Source: Phycisphaera mikurensis NBRC 102666
Lineage (GTDB): Bacteria; Planctomycetota; Phycisphaerae; Phycisphaerales; Phycisphaeraceae
DNA length: 32,000 nucleotides
Assembly (NCBI RefSeq): GCF_000284115.1
Contig: NC_017080.1
Span: 3,540,001 to 3,572,000, forward strand
Direction: 5' to 3'
Below, piece after piece: positions 18,469-29,532 of this stretch. Under the pieces are notes generated by a model, which was not told where the DNA came from, made no database searches, and worked only from the letters and a program-made list of their open reading frames with translations. How positions within the stretch are numbered: position 1 is the stretch's first letter; the number at the start of each line of letters is the position of its first letter. Position numbers and translations under genes: made by a program.

Positions 18469-19452
18469 TCAGGGGGCCGTGAGGCGCCAGGTGGGCTGGT
18501 CGACGCCCTCGCTGGTGAAGTACAGCGACCGGCCGTCGGCGGAGAACGCGATCGCCTCTCCCTGGCGGCGCGGGGGCGTCGGCGGCCGCTCCGGCTCGGC
18601 CTCCAGAGCCGACGCCCAGCCTGCTCCGGGCCAAGAGGTGAACACCATGGCTTCGCCATAGGTGCAAACGCCGAGGCGTCGGCCATCCGGGCTGACGTCC
18701 ATCCCGGTCGGCATCAGCGTCGGCATCGTGCCCACACGCGGCACCGGGTCCACCCACCGCGGAGCGACCGGCGCGGCGGGCATGGGCGGCAACGGGATCT
18801 CGTAGAGACCGGAGGCTCCATAGGTCTTGCCGTTCTGATCGATCTCCTTGCTCCCGAGCAAGATGACCCCGCGGGTCACGTCCACGGCGACCGCCTCGCA
18901 GTCCCGGGCACCGTCCGCGAAGGCGAAGCGCAGCGTGAGCAGGACCTCCAACCCCTCTTCCGGGTCGGCATCGGCCGGAGGCTCCTCCAGGAAGTGAAGC
19001 GCCGTCCGCCCGCCGGACCTGAGGTTGTCGCCCGTGTCCGCGATCAGCAGGAACGCCCGCTCCTCCCACTCGAATGCGGCCAAGTCTTCCCAATCGCGGT
19101 TGCGGATGCCTCGCAGGCGGAAGGCCTCCGCGGCCGACAGGCCGTGCGGGTCGTAACGCACCAGCGTCTCGCCCCCCCCGGAGTCGTTGCACGTCCACAG
19201 GCGTCCGGGCACCCGACGGGACGCCGCGAGCCCGGAGCTCTCGTCGATGATCCGCGGCGGCGGAGCGAGTCGCTCGGGCGCCGCTGCCTCATGCTCGGGC
19301 GACGAAGCCCCGGAGGCCCCCGCCGGACCCGCATCCGGAGGCGCCGCTCCCGCGGGCGTCAGCAGCAGCGGGCGTCCGGACGCGAAGAGGAGCACCACGC
19401 CCGCGACCGCGAGCGGAGCACCGACCCTGAGGCTGATCGAGCGGGAACGCAT
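18469..19452 (-). CDS. Secreted protein, probable beta-propeller fold (SdiA-regulated/phytase-like style ESSGL...NDSGG motifs)
   Basis: ATG (revcomp of 19450-19452). The N-terminal hydrophobic signal or anchor is MRSRSISLRVGAPLAVAGVVLLFASG. Then come IDESSGLAAS...LWTCNDSGG, WEDLA..., LLIADTGDN, CEAVAVD and EAIAFSADGRSLYFTSEG, repeating blade-like motifs. The family assignment is tentative. Confidence 0.65.
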   Translation of the reverse strand: MRSRSISLRVGAPLAVAGVVLLFASGRPLLLTPAGAAPPDAGPAGASGASSPEHEAAAPERLAPPPRIIDESSGLAASRRVPGRLWTCNDSGGGETLVRYDPHGLSAAEAFRLRGIRNRDWEDLAAFEWEERAFLLIADTGDNLRSGGRTALHFLEEPPADADPEEGLEVLLTLRFAFADGARDCEAVAVDVTRGVILLGSKEIDQNGKTYGASGLYEIPLPPMPAAPVAPRWVDPVPRVGTMPTLMPTGMDVSPDGRRLGVCTYGEAMVFTSWPGAGWASALEAEPERPPTPPRRQGEAIAFSADGRSLYFTSEGVDQPTWRLTAP

Positions 19453-20536
19453 GGCTGTCCAACGGAGCGAAACGCGCGACGGTTCGACCGCGGCAGGAAG
19501 AACGGGCCCATCGGCGTGTCCGCACCGGCAGATGAGCAGATCGGCCGTGGTTCAACTCGCTCCAGCCTCACGCTCGGGGCTTCTCCAGGCGGCCCACGAT
19601 GCGTCCGCACGCACCGCCGGCAGCGCCCGGCCGGCTCGATCCTGGAGCGCCACGCCCACACAGAACCGAACCCGGCAGCGGGCGCCGGATCGCCGCCACC
19701 GCAGAAGCCGCGGGCGGAGCGGATCCCGGCGGCGTGGGTTGCAGCCGGGTGCTCCGGCGGCGGGCCCGAGAAGCCACCCGCGGGCGGCGGAGCGACGCCC
19801 GCCCGGGGTGGGCTCTGCCCCCGCTTGCGCCCGACCGCGCGCACCTCCTGCTCGGACCGGGGCGGCAAGCGGGCAGGACCGACGGGCGCGGGCATCGCCA
19901 GTCCAGCGGACTGCTCGCCCGTGGCATGCGATCGAGCCGCGGCTTCCGACCGGGCGGTCGTGGCCGCCCGCGGTCCGCGGGCAGAGCGGCCACGCAGCGA
20001 CGCGTGTTCGGACGTTTCGAGCACGAGCTGCTCCCTTCGCCGTGCCCGCGGCCACGGGCAGCCGCGGCACCGACGCCCCGAGGACACGCCGCGGTGGCTG
20101 GATGCGAGGCGTTCGGCGGGCCGGCTTCCGCCGAGGCGCAGCGCAAACCGAAGACGCCTGATCCCGCGCAGGGTGCCGAGCCCCGCCTTTGCCTCTCCGG
20201 CCCCCCGCCGCGTCTCTGCCGCGGTCAAGGGATCCGGCGTCCGCCGAGCCGCCGGATCCGCCGAAGTCTGAGGCGGAGGCGTACGCATTCCGGGTCAAGC
20301 GGGGGCGTGCGGGCGAGGTGCGGGCATCGACGATCCAGCAAGCGTCCCGGACGCGCGGGCCGCGACAGCCGCGGACCGAAGCCAATCCAGCCCGCAACGG
20401 CCGACGGTCCGCGGCAGCGCCGGCAGCGTTGGTTCCTCCACCGCCAACCGCAGCGGACGACGTGACCGCAGCGGTGGAGGATGCGCAAGCCGCTCTCCGC
20501 CGGCGTCTACGGCGCGTCCGCCCGGGCCGCGCATGC

Positions 20537-20566
20537 GAGAACCCGGACCTTTCGGTCCGGGTTCTC
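20537..20566 (-). terminator. Perfect 13-bp stem / 4-nt loop hairpin immediately downstream of 5S rRNA (candidate rRNA operon terminator or processing stem)
   Basis: GAGAACCCGGACC-TTTC-GGTCCGGGTTCTC at 20537-20566, about 5 nt past the 3' end of the minus-strand 5S gene. No U-tract follows on the transcribed strand. Confidence 0.5.
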
Positions 20567-20571
20567 GATCA

Positions 20572-20680
20572 AGCCGGCAATGACCTACTTTCCCGCGGTT
20601 GCAGTATCATCGGCGTGCTGGGCTTAACGGCCGTGTTCGGAATGGGAACGGGTGGGACCCCAGCACTGTTGTCACCGGCA
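20572..20680 (-). rRNA. rrf: 5S ribosomal RNA
   Basis: The reverse complement reads TGCCGGTGACAACAGTGCTGGGGTCCCACCCGTTCCCATTCCGAACACGGCCGTTAAGCCCAGCACGCCGATGATACTGCAACCGCGGGAAAGTAGGTCATTGCCGGC. It contains the universal CCGAAC...GTTAAGC core, the GGGAA.GTAGGTC element and terminal helix I pairing. The ends are +/- a few nt. Confidence 0.9.
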
Positions 20681-20826
20681 AAGCGTTCACCCCGCGTTGG
20701 CGGGGCTCACACTCGCTCTTGCAAGTGAGTGGCTGATGACAGTGGAAGCGTTCACCGGACCCGAAAGGTCCTGAGGTGCGTGACTCACCTCCGACGGACA
20801 CCGATCTACCGAGAGTACCGGTGACG

Positions 20827-23619
<2,793 letters not shown>

Positions 23620-23886
23620 TGGCACCGTCCTCCCAAGGGGAGGACGCGGCCGTCGCGGAGAGGCAAGCACCTCAGGACACTTTCGTGTCGCCTCCTCGTC
23701 CCCACAATGACGGGACGGGAGGTTCTCGATGAACACTTCCCCGCACGCCGAAGCGTGCGGGTGCTTACGTTGTCGGCGTGCCGCCTGAACGGCATGCCGA
23801 CGTCATCAGCCTCTGCACTTGTCAAAGAACACTTCCGGGCGTGACAGCCTCACCGTTTCAGGTGTTGCCGTCGCTTCGGGCCGGAG

Positions 23887-23914
23887 AGTCTATCCCTCCC
23901 CGCTTTCGGGTCAA
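23887..23914 (-). promoter_or_regulatory. Candidate sigma70-type promoter for the 23S-5S transcription unit
   Basis: On the minus strand: TTGACC (revcomp of 23909-23914), a 16-nt spacer, then TAGACT (revcomp of 23887-23892), about 265 nt upstream of the 23S 5' end. This is a pattern match only, and the promoter rules of this taxon are not known to me. Confidence 0.25.
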
Positions 23915-24132
23915 CGGCGTCACCCCTCCGATGCCGGGTGCGGGAGAAGACGTGGAAAATCGCGTCTTCTGTCACCATGGTGCTCGGCACCCCTCCGGCC
24001 GGACGGGTCGGGGTGTCTTGACGCCGGCCGTGGCGCCTCGGGAGGCGGCTCCCAGGGGGGGAGAAGCTCGGCACCGTCGGCGGTTCCGGTCACCTCGCTT
24101 TCCGTCCGTGCCGCGGGGGCCTCACCTGCGTC

Positions 24133-24162
24133 TTGAGCCTCGGCGGCTCCTCCGCGTAGGCT
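24133..24162 (+). promoter_or_regulatory. Candidate promoter for tRNA-Ser
   Basis: TTGAGC (24133-24138), an 18-nt spacer, then TAGGCT (24157-24162), ending 10 nt before the first tRNA nucleotide (24173). This is a pattern match only. Confidence 0.25.
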
Positions 24163-24172
24163 CGGCCCCGCC

Positions 24173-24259
24173 GGTGCGGTGGCTGAGTGGTCGAAGGCTG
24201 CGGTTTTGAAAACCGCCGGGCGGGCAACCGTCCCGTGGGTTCGAATCCCACCCGCACCG
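24173..24259 (+). tRNA. tRNA-Ser, anticodon UGA (87 nt, long variable arm, CCA not encoded)
   Basis: Manual cloverleaf: acceptor GGTGCGG/CCGCACC plus discriminator G; D arm GCT-GAGTGGTCGAA-GGC; anticodon stem GCGGT/ACCGC with loop TT-TGA-AA; an 18-nt variable arm CGGGCGGGCAACCGTCCC; T arm GTGGG-TTCGAAT-CCCAC. It is colinear with E. coli tRNA-Ser(UGA). Confidence 0.95.
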
Positions 24260-24313
24260 TGATGAGCCGTCTTGGGCGGCTCCGCCTTCCCTCAACCCGA
24301 CCCCCACCCCGCG

Positions 24314-24715
24314 ATGGCAGCCACACCCGACGAATCCGACGATCTCCGCCTCCGGGGCCGAAAAATCCTGATCGTGGACGACGACACCGAGGTGCGTGCC
24401 GCAATCGATCACGCCCTGCAGGCGGAGGGGGCGCTGACGCAGACCTGCGGCGACGGCAACACCGCGGTGCGGATCGTCGAGTCGGACCCGCCGGAGCTGG
24501 TCGTGCTGGACATGATGCTCCCCAAGCGGTCCGGCTTCCTCGTGCTCGAGAAGATCAAGGACTTCCCCAAGTGCCCGCGGGTGGTGATGGTGACGGCGAA
24601 CGAGGGCAAGCGGCACCAGGAGTACGCCGAGGCGCGTGGCGTGGACGGCTACCTCCACAAGCCGGTTCGGCTGGAGAAGCTCATCGGCCTCGCCGAGAGC
24701 CTCCTCGCGGGCTGA
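24314..24715 (+). CDS. Single-domain response regulator (CheY-like receiver)
   Basis: ATG 24314 gives MAATPDESDDLRLRGRKILIVDDD (acidic pocket), phospho-acceptor context LVVLDMMLPKRSG, then VVMVTA (Thr) and LHKP (Lys). There is no output domain. Stop is TGA 24713-24715. The track's earlier start at 24272 is non-ATG and abuts the tRNA. Confidence 0.9.
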   Translation: MAATPDESDDLRLRGRKILIVDDDTEVRAAIDHALQAEGALTQTCGDGNTAVRIVESDPPELVVLDMMLPKRSGFLVLEKIKDFPKCPRVVMVTANEGKRHQEYAEARGVDGYLHKPVRLEKLIGLAESLLAG

Positions 24716-24817
24716 AGCGGCTGAACCCGTGGCGTTCCGGCTCGTCCGCCCGGGTTAGGCTCCGCCCAGCATGGCCGGGACACCCCGGCATCCTCCACCT
24801 CCCGAGAAGGTCTCCCG

Positions 24818-26170
24818 ATGGCAAGCTCACCCCGCTCCCGCGTCTCCAGGCTCCCCCGCGTCGGCAGGAAGCCCGCACCGGCGGCGCTGCTCCTCGGCGT
24901 CGCGATGATCGGCGCCACGGGCTCGATCGCCGGCTGCGAGCGCCCTGAAGCGGGTGAGGCCGCCGCCATCTCGCAAGCCCAGGACGACCTCCTCGCCGCG
25001 TCCAACGCGGTACCCGAGGGCGACGGGTCGGCGCTCGAGGGCCGCGTGGAGGCGATGAAGCAGACGCGAGCGACTCTGCAGACCGTTCTCTCCAGCGACA
25101 ACCCCCGGCGGAGGGCGCTCGCGCAGCGGTTGCTCGCGGACATCCACGCGGCGGAGGCGCAATTGCTGGAGCTGCGGGCCCGGCAGGCGGCGGCTTCGCT
25201 CAGGGCGGACCTCACGAGGCTGATGACGTCGGTCGAGACCGTCGAGCGTGATGCTTCCCGCGCGGTGGCCCAGTCGCTCGATGCAGCCCCCGCGGTTGCG
25301 GTCGCGTCGGCCGCGGCGGCGGAGCAGACGCAGCGGCTGGAGGCGAGCCGGGCCGCCGCGGATCGCCTGGCGGCCGAGGCGTCGGCCCTGGAAGCACGCA
25401 TCGCCGACGCCAGCCGGCAGCGGAAGGAAGCGTCCGGCCGCGAAGCCGCCGCGGTCGACGCGGCCTTCGTGCTAGGGGGCGATCAACGCGAACGCGGCCT
25501 CGAAGCGGCGGATGCTTCGCGCGCCCAAGCCGACGCGGCCGCGGCCGTCGAGCGGCGAGCGGCCATCGAACTCCGGAGCGTTCGGGAGGCGGAGGCGCTC
25601 GCGGAGCGGCGTGGCGAGCTCGCGAGCACCGGATTGGAGCGGCTCCGCGAGGCCCGCCGGGGCTTCGAGGACGCCGGCACCGCCGCGGAGGCGGCCGTCG
25701 CCGAGGCGAAGCAAGCGGCCGGGGAGGGCGGCGCCGGCGTGGAGACGCGGGTCGCGGAGCTGTCCGGCGAGCTGCGGGAGCGGGTCCTTTCGCCCGCGGA
25801 CGCGGCCGCCTCGGCGGCGGGAGAGGCCGCTTCGCAGCTGGAGTCCTCCGGGGCGGACGCGGCCGTGGTCGCCGCGGGGAGGCTCCGCCAAGCGGACGCG
25901 GCCGCCTTCGCCGCCGCCTCCGCCTCTTCCTTCGCGGAGGCCTTCGAGGCGTTCGCCAGCCGCCTCGACGCCGCGGACGTGTCCGGGGCGGCGTCGGTCC
26001 GCTCGGCCGCCGGGTCGCTGGAGCAGGAGGCGGCCTCGCGTCGCGACGCCGCTTCGGAGGCGCTCGCGAGCGCTCAGGAGGCGATCGGGGGCGTCGCCGC
26101 CGAAGCGGCCACCCTCGCCGATCTGCGGGCCGCCGCGGAGCGGCTGGCGAGCTCGCTGCGGAGCGGCTGA
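24818..26170 (+). CDS. Ala/Glu/Arg-rich putative lipoprotein, predicted extended coiled coil
   Basis: ATG 24818. The signal peptide has a lipobox (AALLLGVAMIGATGSIAG-C). The rest is low-complexity A/E/R/L/S sequence with a helical, heptad-like character. I recognise no family. The coding call rests on the signal peptide, strand context and the 5-nt spacing to the next gene. Confidence 0.6.
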   Translation: MASSPRSRVSRLPRVGRKPAPAALLLGVAMIGATGSIAGCERPEAGEAAAISQAQDDLLAASNAVPEGDGSALEGRVEAMKQTRATLQTVLSSDNPRRRALAQRLLADIHAAEAQLLELRARQAAASLRADLTRLMTSVETVERDASRAVAQSLDAAPAVAVASAAAAEQTQRLEASRAAADRLAAEASALEARIADASRQRKEASGREAAAVDAAFVLGGDQRERGLEAADASRAQADAAAAVERRAAIELRSVREAEALAERRGELASTGLERLREARRGFEDAGTAAEAAVAEAKQAAGEGGAGVETRVAELSGELRERVLSPADAAASAAGEAASQLESSGADAAVVAAGRLRQADAAAFAAASASSFAEAFEAFASRLDAADVSGAASVRSAAGSLEQEAASRRDAASEALASAQEAIGGVAAEAATLADLRAAAERLASSLRSG

Positions 26171-26175
26171 AGCCG

Positions 26176-27222
26176 ATGGCCCGAGAGCACCCGCCGCCGG
26201 TCGACCCCGCGAACACGCTGGGCCTGGACTACCGCGAGCTCGCCGCGGCGCTGCCGTTCCGCGGGCCCGTGTCGGACGTCCACACCCACGTGACCTCCCG
26301 AGGTGCCGCGGAGCTCTACCTGGAGGTGGCGTCACGCTTCGGCGTCGACCGGACGCTGACGATGACCGGCCTGGCGAAGGCCCGGGAGGTCCACGCGGTC
26401 GCCGGCGACCGCATCGAGTTCATCTGCGTGCCCGACTTCCTCGAGCGGAAGACGCCGGGGACGTTCACCACCCGCTGGCTCGACGACATCCGCGGCTTCC
26501 GGGAAGAGCTCGGCAGCCGCGTGATCAAGTTCTGGGCCGCTCCGCGGGCCATCGACCTGGCGGAGGAGACGCCCGGGCTCGGGCCGGGCTCGATGGCGTT
26601 GGACTCGCCGCTTCGGCTGGAGGGGATGCGGCTGGCCTACGACCTCGGCTACCGCGTCTTCATGACCCACGTGGCCGATCCCGACACCTGGTTCGCCACG
26701 AAGTACGGCGATGCCGCCCGGTACGGAACCAAGGCGCAGCAGTACGAGCCGCTGGAGCGTCTGCTCGACGCGTTCCACGACGTCACCTGGATCGGCGCCC
26801 ACATGAGCGGCTCCCCGGAGAACCTCGATTTCGTGCAGGGGCTGCTGGACCGGCACCCCAACTACGTCGTCGACACGTCCGCCGCCAAGTGGCAGGTGCG
26901 GGAGCTTTCGAAGCACCCCGAGGCCACGGCCGCCTTCATCCGCCGCAATCCCGGCCGCGTGCTGTTCGGCACCGACATCGTCGCCAGCGAGCAGATGCAC
27001 CAGATGGGTGAAGACCTCTTCGCCTCGCGCTACTGGGTGCTGCGGACGCTTTTCGAGACGGAACACCGGGGGAAGAGCCCGATCGTCGACCCCGACCTGC
27101 ACATGGTGGATCCCTCGGTCCCCGAGGACGCGACGCCGGACCTCAACGGCTGCGGGCTGGAGCAAGCGGTGCTGGAGCTGCTCTACCGGGACGCGCTCGA
27201 GACGATCCTCCCGCGCCCCTGA
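26176..27222 (+). CDS. Metal-dependent amidohydrolase-fold (TIM-barrel, amidohydrolase_2-like) hydrolase
   Basis: ATG 26176, 348 aa. It has an N-terminal metal-binding DVHTHV motif, later FMTHVADP, IGAHMSG and LFGTDIV (Asp near the C-terminal strand), typical of the amidohydrolase superfamily. The substrate is unknown. Confidence 0.75.
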   Translation: MAREHPPPVDPANTLGLDYRELAAALPFRGPVSDVHTHVTSRGAAELYLEVASRFGVDRTLTMTGLAKAREVHAVAGDRIEFICVPDFLERKTPGTFTTRWLDDIRGFREELGSRVIKFWAAPRAIDLAEETPGLGPGSMALDSPLRLEGMRLAYDLGYRVFMTHVADPDTWFATKYGDAARYGTKAQQYEPLERLLDAFHDVTWIGAHMSGSPENLDFVQGLLDRHPNYVVDTSAAKWQVRELSKHPEATAAFIRRNPGRVLFGTDIVASEQMHQMGEDLFASRYWVLRTLFETEHRGKSPIVDPDLHMVDPSVPEDATPDLNGCGLEQAVLELLYRDALETILPRP

Positions 27223-28646
27223 GCCGGTGGCTCCGCCGGCGGGCGGGTCTCCGCCACCGCCGGCCCGTCGGCGGGCCCCGCGGCCGGGGCGCCGCCGACG
27301 CCATCGTCGACCAGCGACCACCGCGGCAGCGGCGGGACGAGCCGGACGTGCTCCTGCACGCAAGCGAACGCCTTCATGAGAACCATCCGCCACCGGACGC
27401 TGAAGCGGGCCCGGGGGAAGGCGCGGCCGGTCAGCAGCTCCAAGCTCGCCCGATGCACGCCCAGCGGACCCTCGCCGTGGTGGAGCAGATCGCGGTACGC
27501 GGGCCGGTAGTAGCTGCGGATCATGGAGAAGAGCACGCGGTGGCTCGCTGCGAGGCGGCGGGCGTAGCGGCGGCCGGGTGCGCGGAAGGCGGCGGCGCGG
27601 GCGGCGTCCGACGCGTCGGCGGGAAGCCGGTCGAGCGCGGCCAGCGACGCCTCGGCGGCTTCCGCCGCCCACCGCCCGCTCTTGATCGCGATGGAGACGC
27701 CGCCGGAGAAGACCGGGTCGATGAAGGCCGCGGCGTCGCCGACGAGCAGGTGGCCGGGACCCGCGGTCGGGCCGCACCGATAGGAGAAGTCCGCGGCGAC
27801 CCGGTTGCCGTCGGGGAACGCGGCGTCGCGCGTGCGGCGTGCGACCTCCGGGCAGCGGGCGATCGCCCAAGCCAGCACGCGGTCGGGCTTCACGCGTTGC
27901 TCCCGGGCGAGGCCGGCGGGGAGCACGACGCCGATGCCGGTCCGCTCGTCGTCGATCGGGATGATCCAGAACCAGCCCTCGTCGAGCATGACGACCGTGA
28001 GGTGGCCGCCCTCGGGCATGGGGCTGCGCTCGACGCCGGTGAAGTGGCCGAAGTAGGCGGTCCGCTCGTGGCCGGGCTCGTTGCGGCGGAAGCCGCGGCC
28101 GGCTCTCTCCAGGTGCCGGGCGGCGAGGGTGGCCTGGCCGCTGGCGTCGATCAGGCAGCGGGCGGAGACGGGCCCCTGGGTGGTGCTCAGCCGCACGCCC
28201 CCGGACCCGAGCCGCTCGATGCCGCGGACCGTGACGCCGCGGCGGACGTCCGCCCCGCCGTCCGCGGCCTCCTGCAGCAGCCACGCATCGAAGGGCTCTC
28301 GCTCGGTGTTGGTTGCCGCCTGCGGGTCGGCGTCGAGGGCGTCCGCGAAGCGGAGCGGCCGGCCGGGGGCGGTGCCCGCGGCGGAGACGAAGGTCACGCC
28401 CGGCTTGGGCACGCGGGGGAGCGCCGCCGCCCGCTCGGCGAGGCCCAGGCGGGCGAGGTCGGCTTCCACCTCGGGCAGCAGCGACTCGCCGACGTGGAAG
28501 TGCGGACCCGTCTCGCGTTCGAGGACCGCCACCCGCCGGCCCGAGCGGGCGAGGCACAGCGCCGCGACCGCCCCGCCGGGGCCGCCTCCGACGACAACGG
28601 CATCCAGGGTCTCCTCTCCTGGGCCTGGGTGCGGGTTGGGAGCCAT
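27183..28646 (-). CDS. FAD-dependent oxidoreductase with flavin-dependent halogenase signature motifs
   Basis: ATG (revcomp of 28644-28646), 487 aa. It has the dinucleotide fold DAVVVGGGPGGAVAALCLA, FHVGESLLP, Lys81 in VPKPGVTF, GWFWIIP (W-x-W-x-I-P; nt 27957-27974) and FIDPVFSGG (F-x-x-P-x-x-S-x-G). Confidence 0.85.
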   Translation of the reverse strand: MAPNPHPGPGEETLDAVVVGGGPGGAVAALCLARSGRRVAVLERETGPHFHVGESLLPEVEADLARLGLAERAAALPRVPKPGVTFVSAAGTAPGRPLRFADALDADPQAATNTEREPFDAWLLQEAADGGADVRRGVTVRGIERLGSGGVRLSTTQGPVSARCLIDASGQATLAARHLERAGRGFRRNEPGHERTAYFGHFTGVERSPMPEGGHLTVVMLDEGWFWIIPIDDERTGIGVVLPAGLAREQRVKPDRVLAWAIARCPEVARRTRDAAFPDGNRVAADFSYRCGPTAGPGHLLVGDAAAFIDPVFSGGVSIAIKSGRWAAEAAEASLAALDRLPADASDAARAAAFRAPGRRYARRLAASHRVLFSMIRSYYRPAYRDLLHHGEGPLGVHRASLELLTGRAFPRARFSVRWRMVLMKAFACVQEHVRLVPPLPRWSLVDDGVGGAPAAGPADGPAVAETRPPAEPPAQGRGRIVSSASR

Positions 28647-28760
28647 GTCCGAGCCGGAGCCGTCGAAGCGGTGCGTCGCGAGGCTACGCGTCCCGCCCGC
28701 TGCCCGGCCCCGCGCCCGCGCCCGCGCCCGCAGGCCGATCAGAAGCTCACACGCGATGCT

Positions 28761-29366
28761 TTAGAGGGTCCGGACGTCGATGCCACGCATGCCGGCAGCG
28801 GCGATGCTCTCCAGCCCGAGGTCCGTGTCTTCGTACGCGTCGCAGCCGCCGGGGGCGACGCCGAGCCGCTCGGCGGCGAGCAGGAAGGGCGCCGGATGCG
28901 GCTTGTGCTCGGCCGTGTCGTCGGCGGTGACGACCACGGTGGCGGGGAAGTCGTCGGCGAGGCCGATGGCGGCGAGCGTGGCGGTCGCCGTGCCGCGGTT
29001 GCCGCCGGTGGCGACGGCGCAGGGGACCCCCGCGGCCTGGGCGCTCCGCAGCACGGCGAGCACCTTCGGCGCCGGCTTGCAGGCGGGGATGTGCGAGCGG
29101 AAAGCCTCTTCCTTCTTCGCCGACAGCGCGGCCGCGTCGCGGCTTACGCCGTCGCCGGCCTCGGCGATCAGCGTGTCGAAGATCGTCCGCGTCGGCACGC
29201 CGCCCATGGCGTAGAAGCGTTCCTCCGGGAAGAGAAGGCCCGCTTCGTTCACCACGTCCGTCCACGCGAGGAAGTGGGCGGGCATCGTGTCGGCGAGCGT
29301 GCCGTCGAGGTCGAAGACGATCGCGCGCGGGGTTCGTCCGTCGGGCGCGTGAAGAAACTCGGCCAT
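28761..29366 (-). CDS. HAD-superfamily hydrolase, subfamily IA (beta-phosphoglucomutase/phosphatase-like)
   Basis: ATG (revcomp of 29364-29366), TAA at 28761-28763, 201 aa. Motif I is IVFDLDGTLADT, motif II is AVATGG, then HKPHPAPFL and motif IV YEDTDLGLESIAAAG. Confidence 0.85.
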   Translation of the reverse strand: MAEFLHAPDGRTPRAIVFDLDGTLADTMPAHFLAWTDVVNEAGLLFPEERFYAMGGVPTRTIFDTLIAEAGDGVSRDAAALSAKKEEAFRSHIPACKPAPKVLAVLRSAQAAGVPCAVATGGNRGTATATLAAIGLADDFPATVVVTADDTAEHKPHPAPFLLAAERLGVAPGGCDAYEDTDLGLESIAAAGMRGIDVRTL

Positions 29367-29532
29367 GGGCCGGCCCAACCTAGCAGGCACGCTCCGCGTG
29401 CCGTGGATGGCGCAGCCACGCGTCGGCTCGGGGGCCTCGCGAAGTTCAGCCGCCGGAGCAACAGAAGGGAGTCTGCCGGCTGCTTCTTGCAACGACCGGG
29501 ATTCCGCGGACCGTCGGGCTTCCTCGACGCTT

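Noticed and set aside
19660-19676. ACAGAACCGAACCCGGC, which resembles the RNase P RNA conserved block ACAGAACCCGGC
   Set aside because: There is no partner GAGGAAAGTCC block on either strand nearby, and the match is interrupted. I also saw no tmRNA or SRP RNA signatures in 19453-20536. This is probably chance in GC-rich DNA.
23819-23824. Perfect TTGACA on the minus strand upstream of the 23S
   Set aside because: No acceptable -10 hexamer lies 15-19 nt downstream (the sequence there is CGTCGG/ACGTCG). The TTGACC-16-TAGACT candidate at 23887-23914 is better, though still weak.
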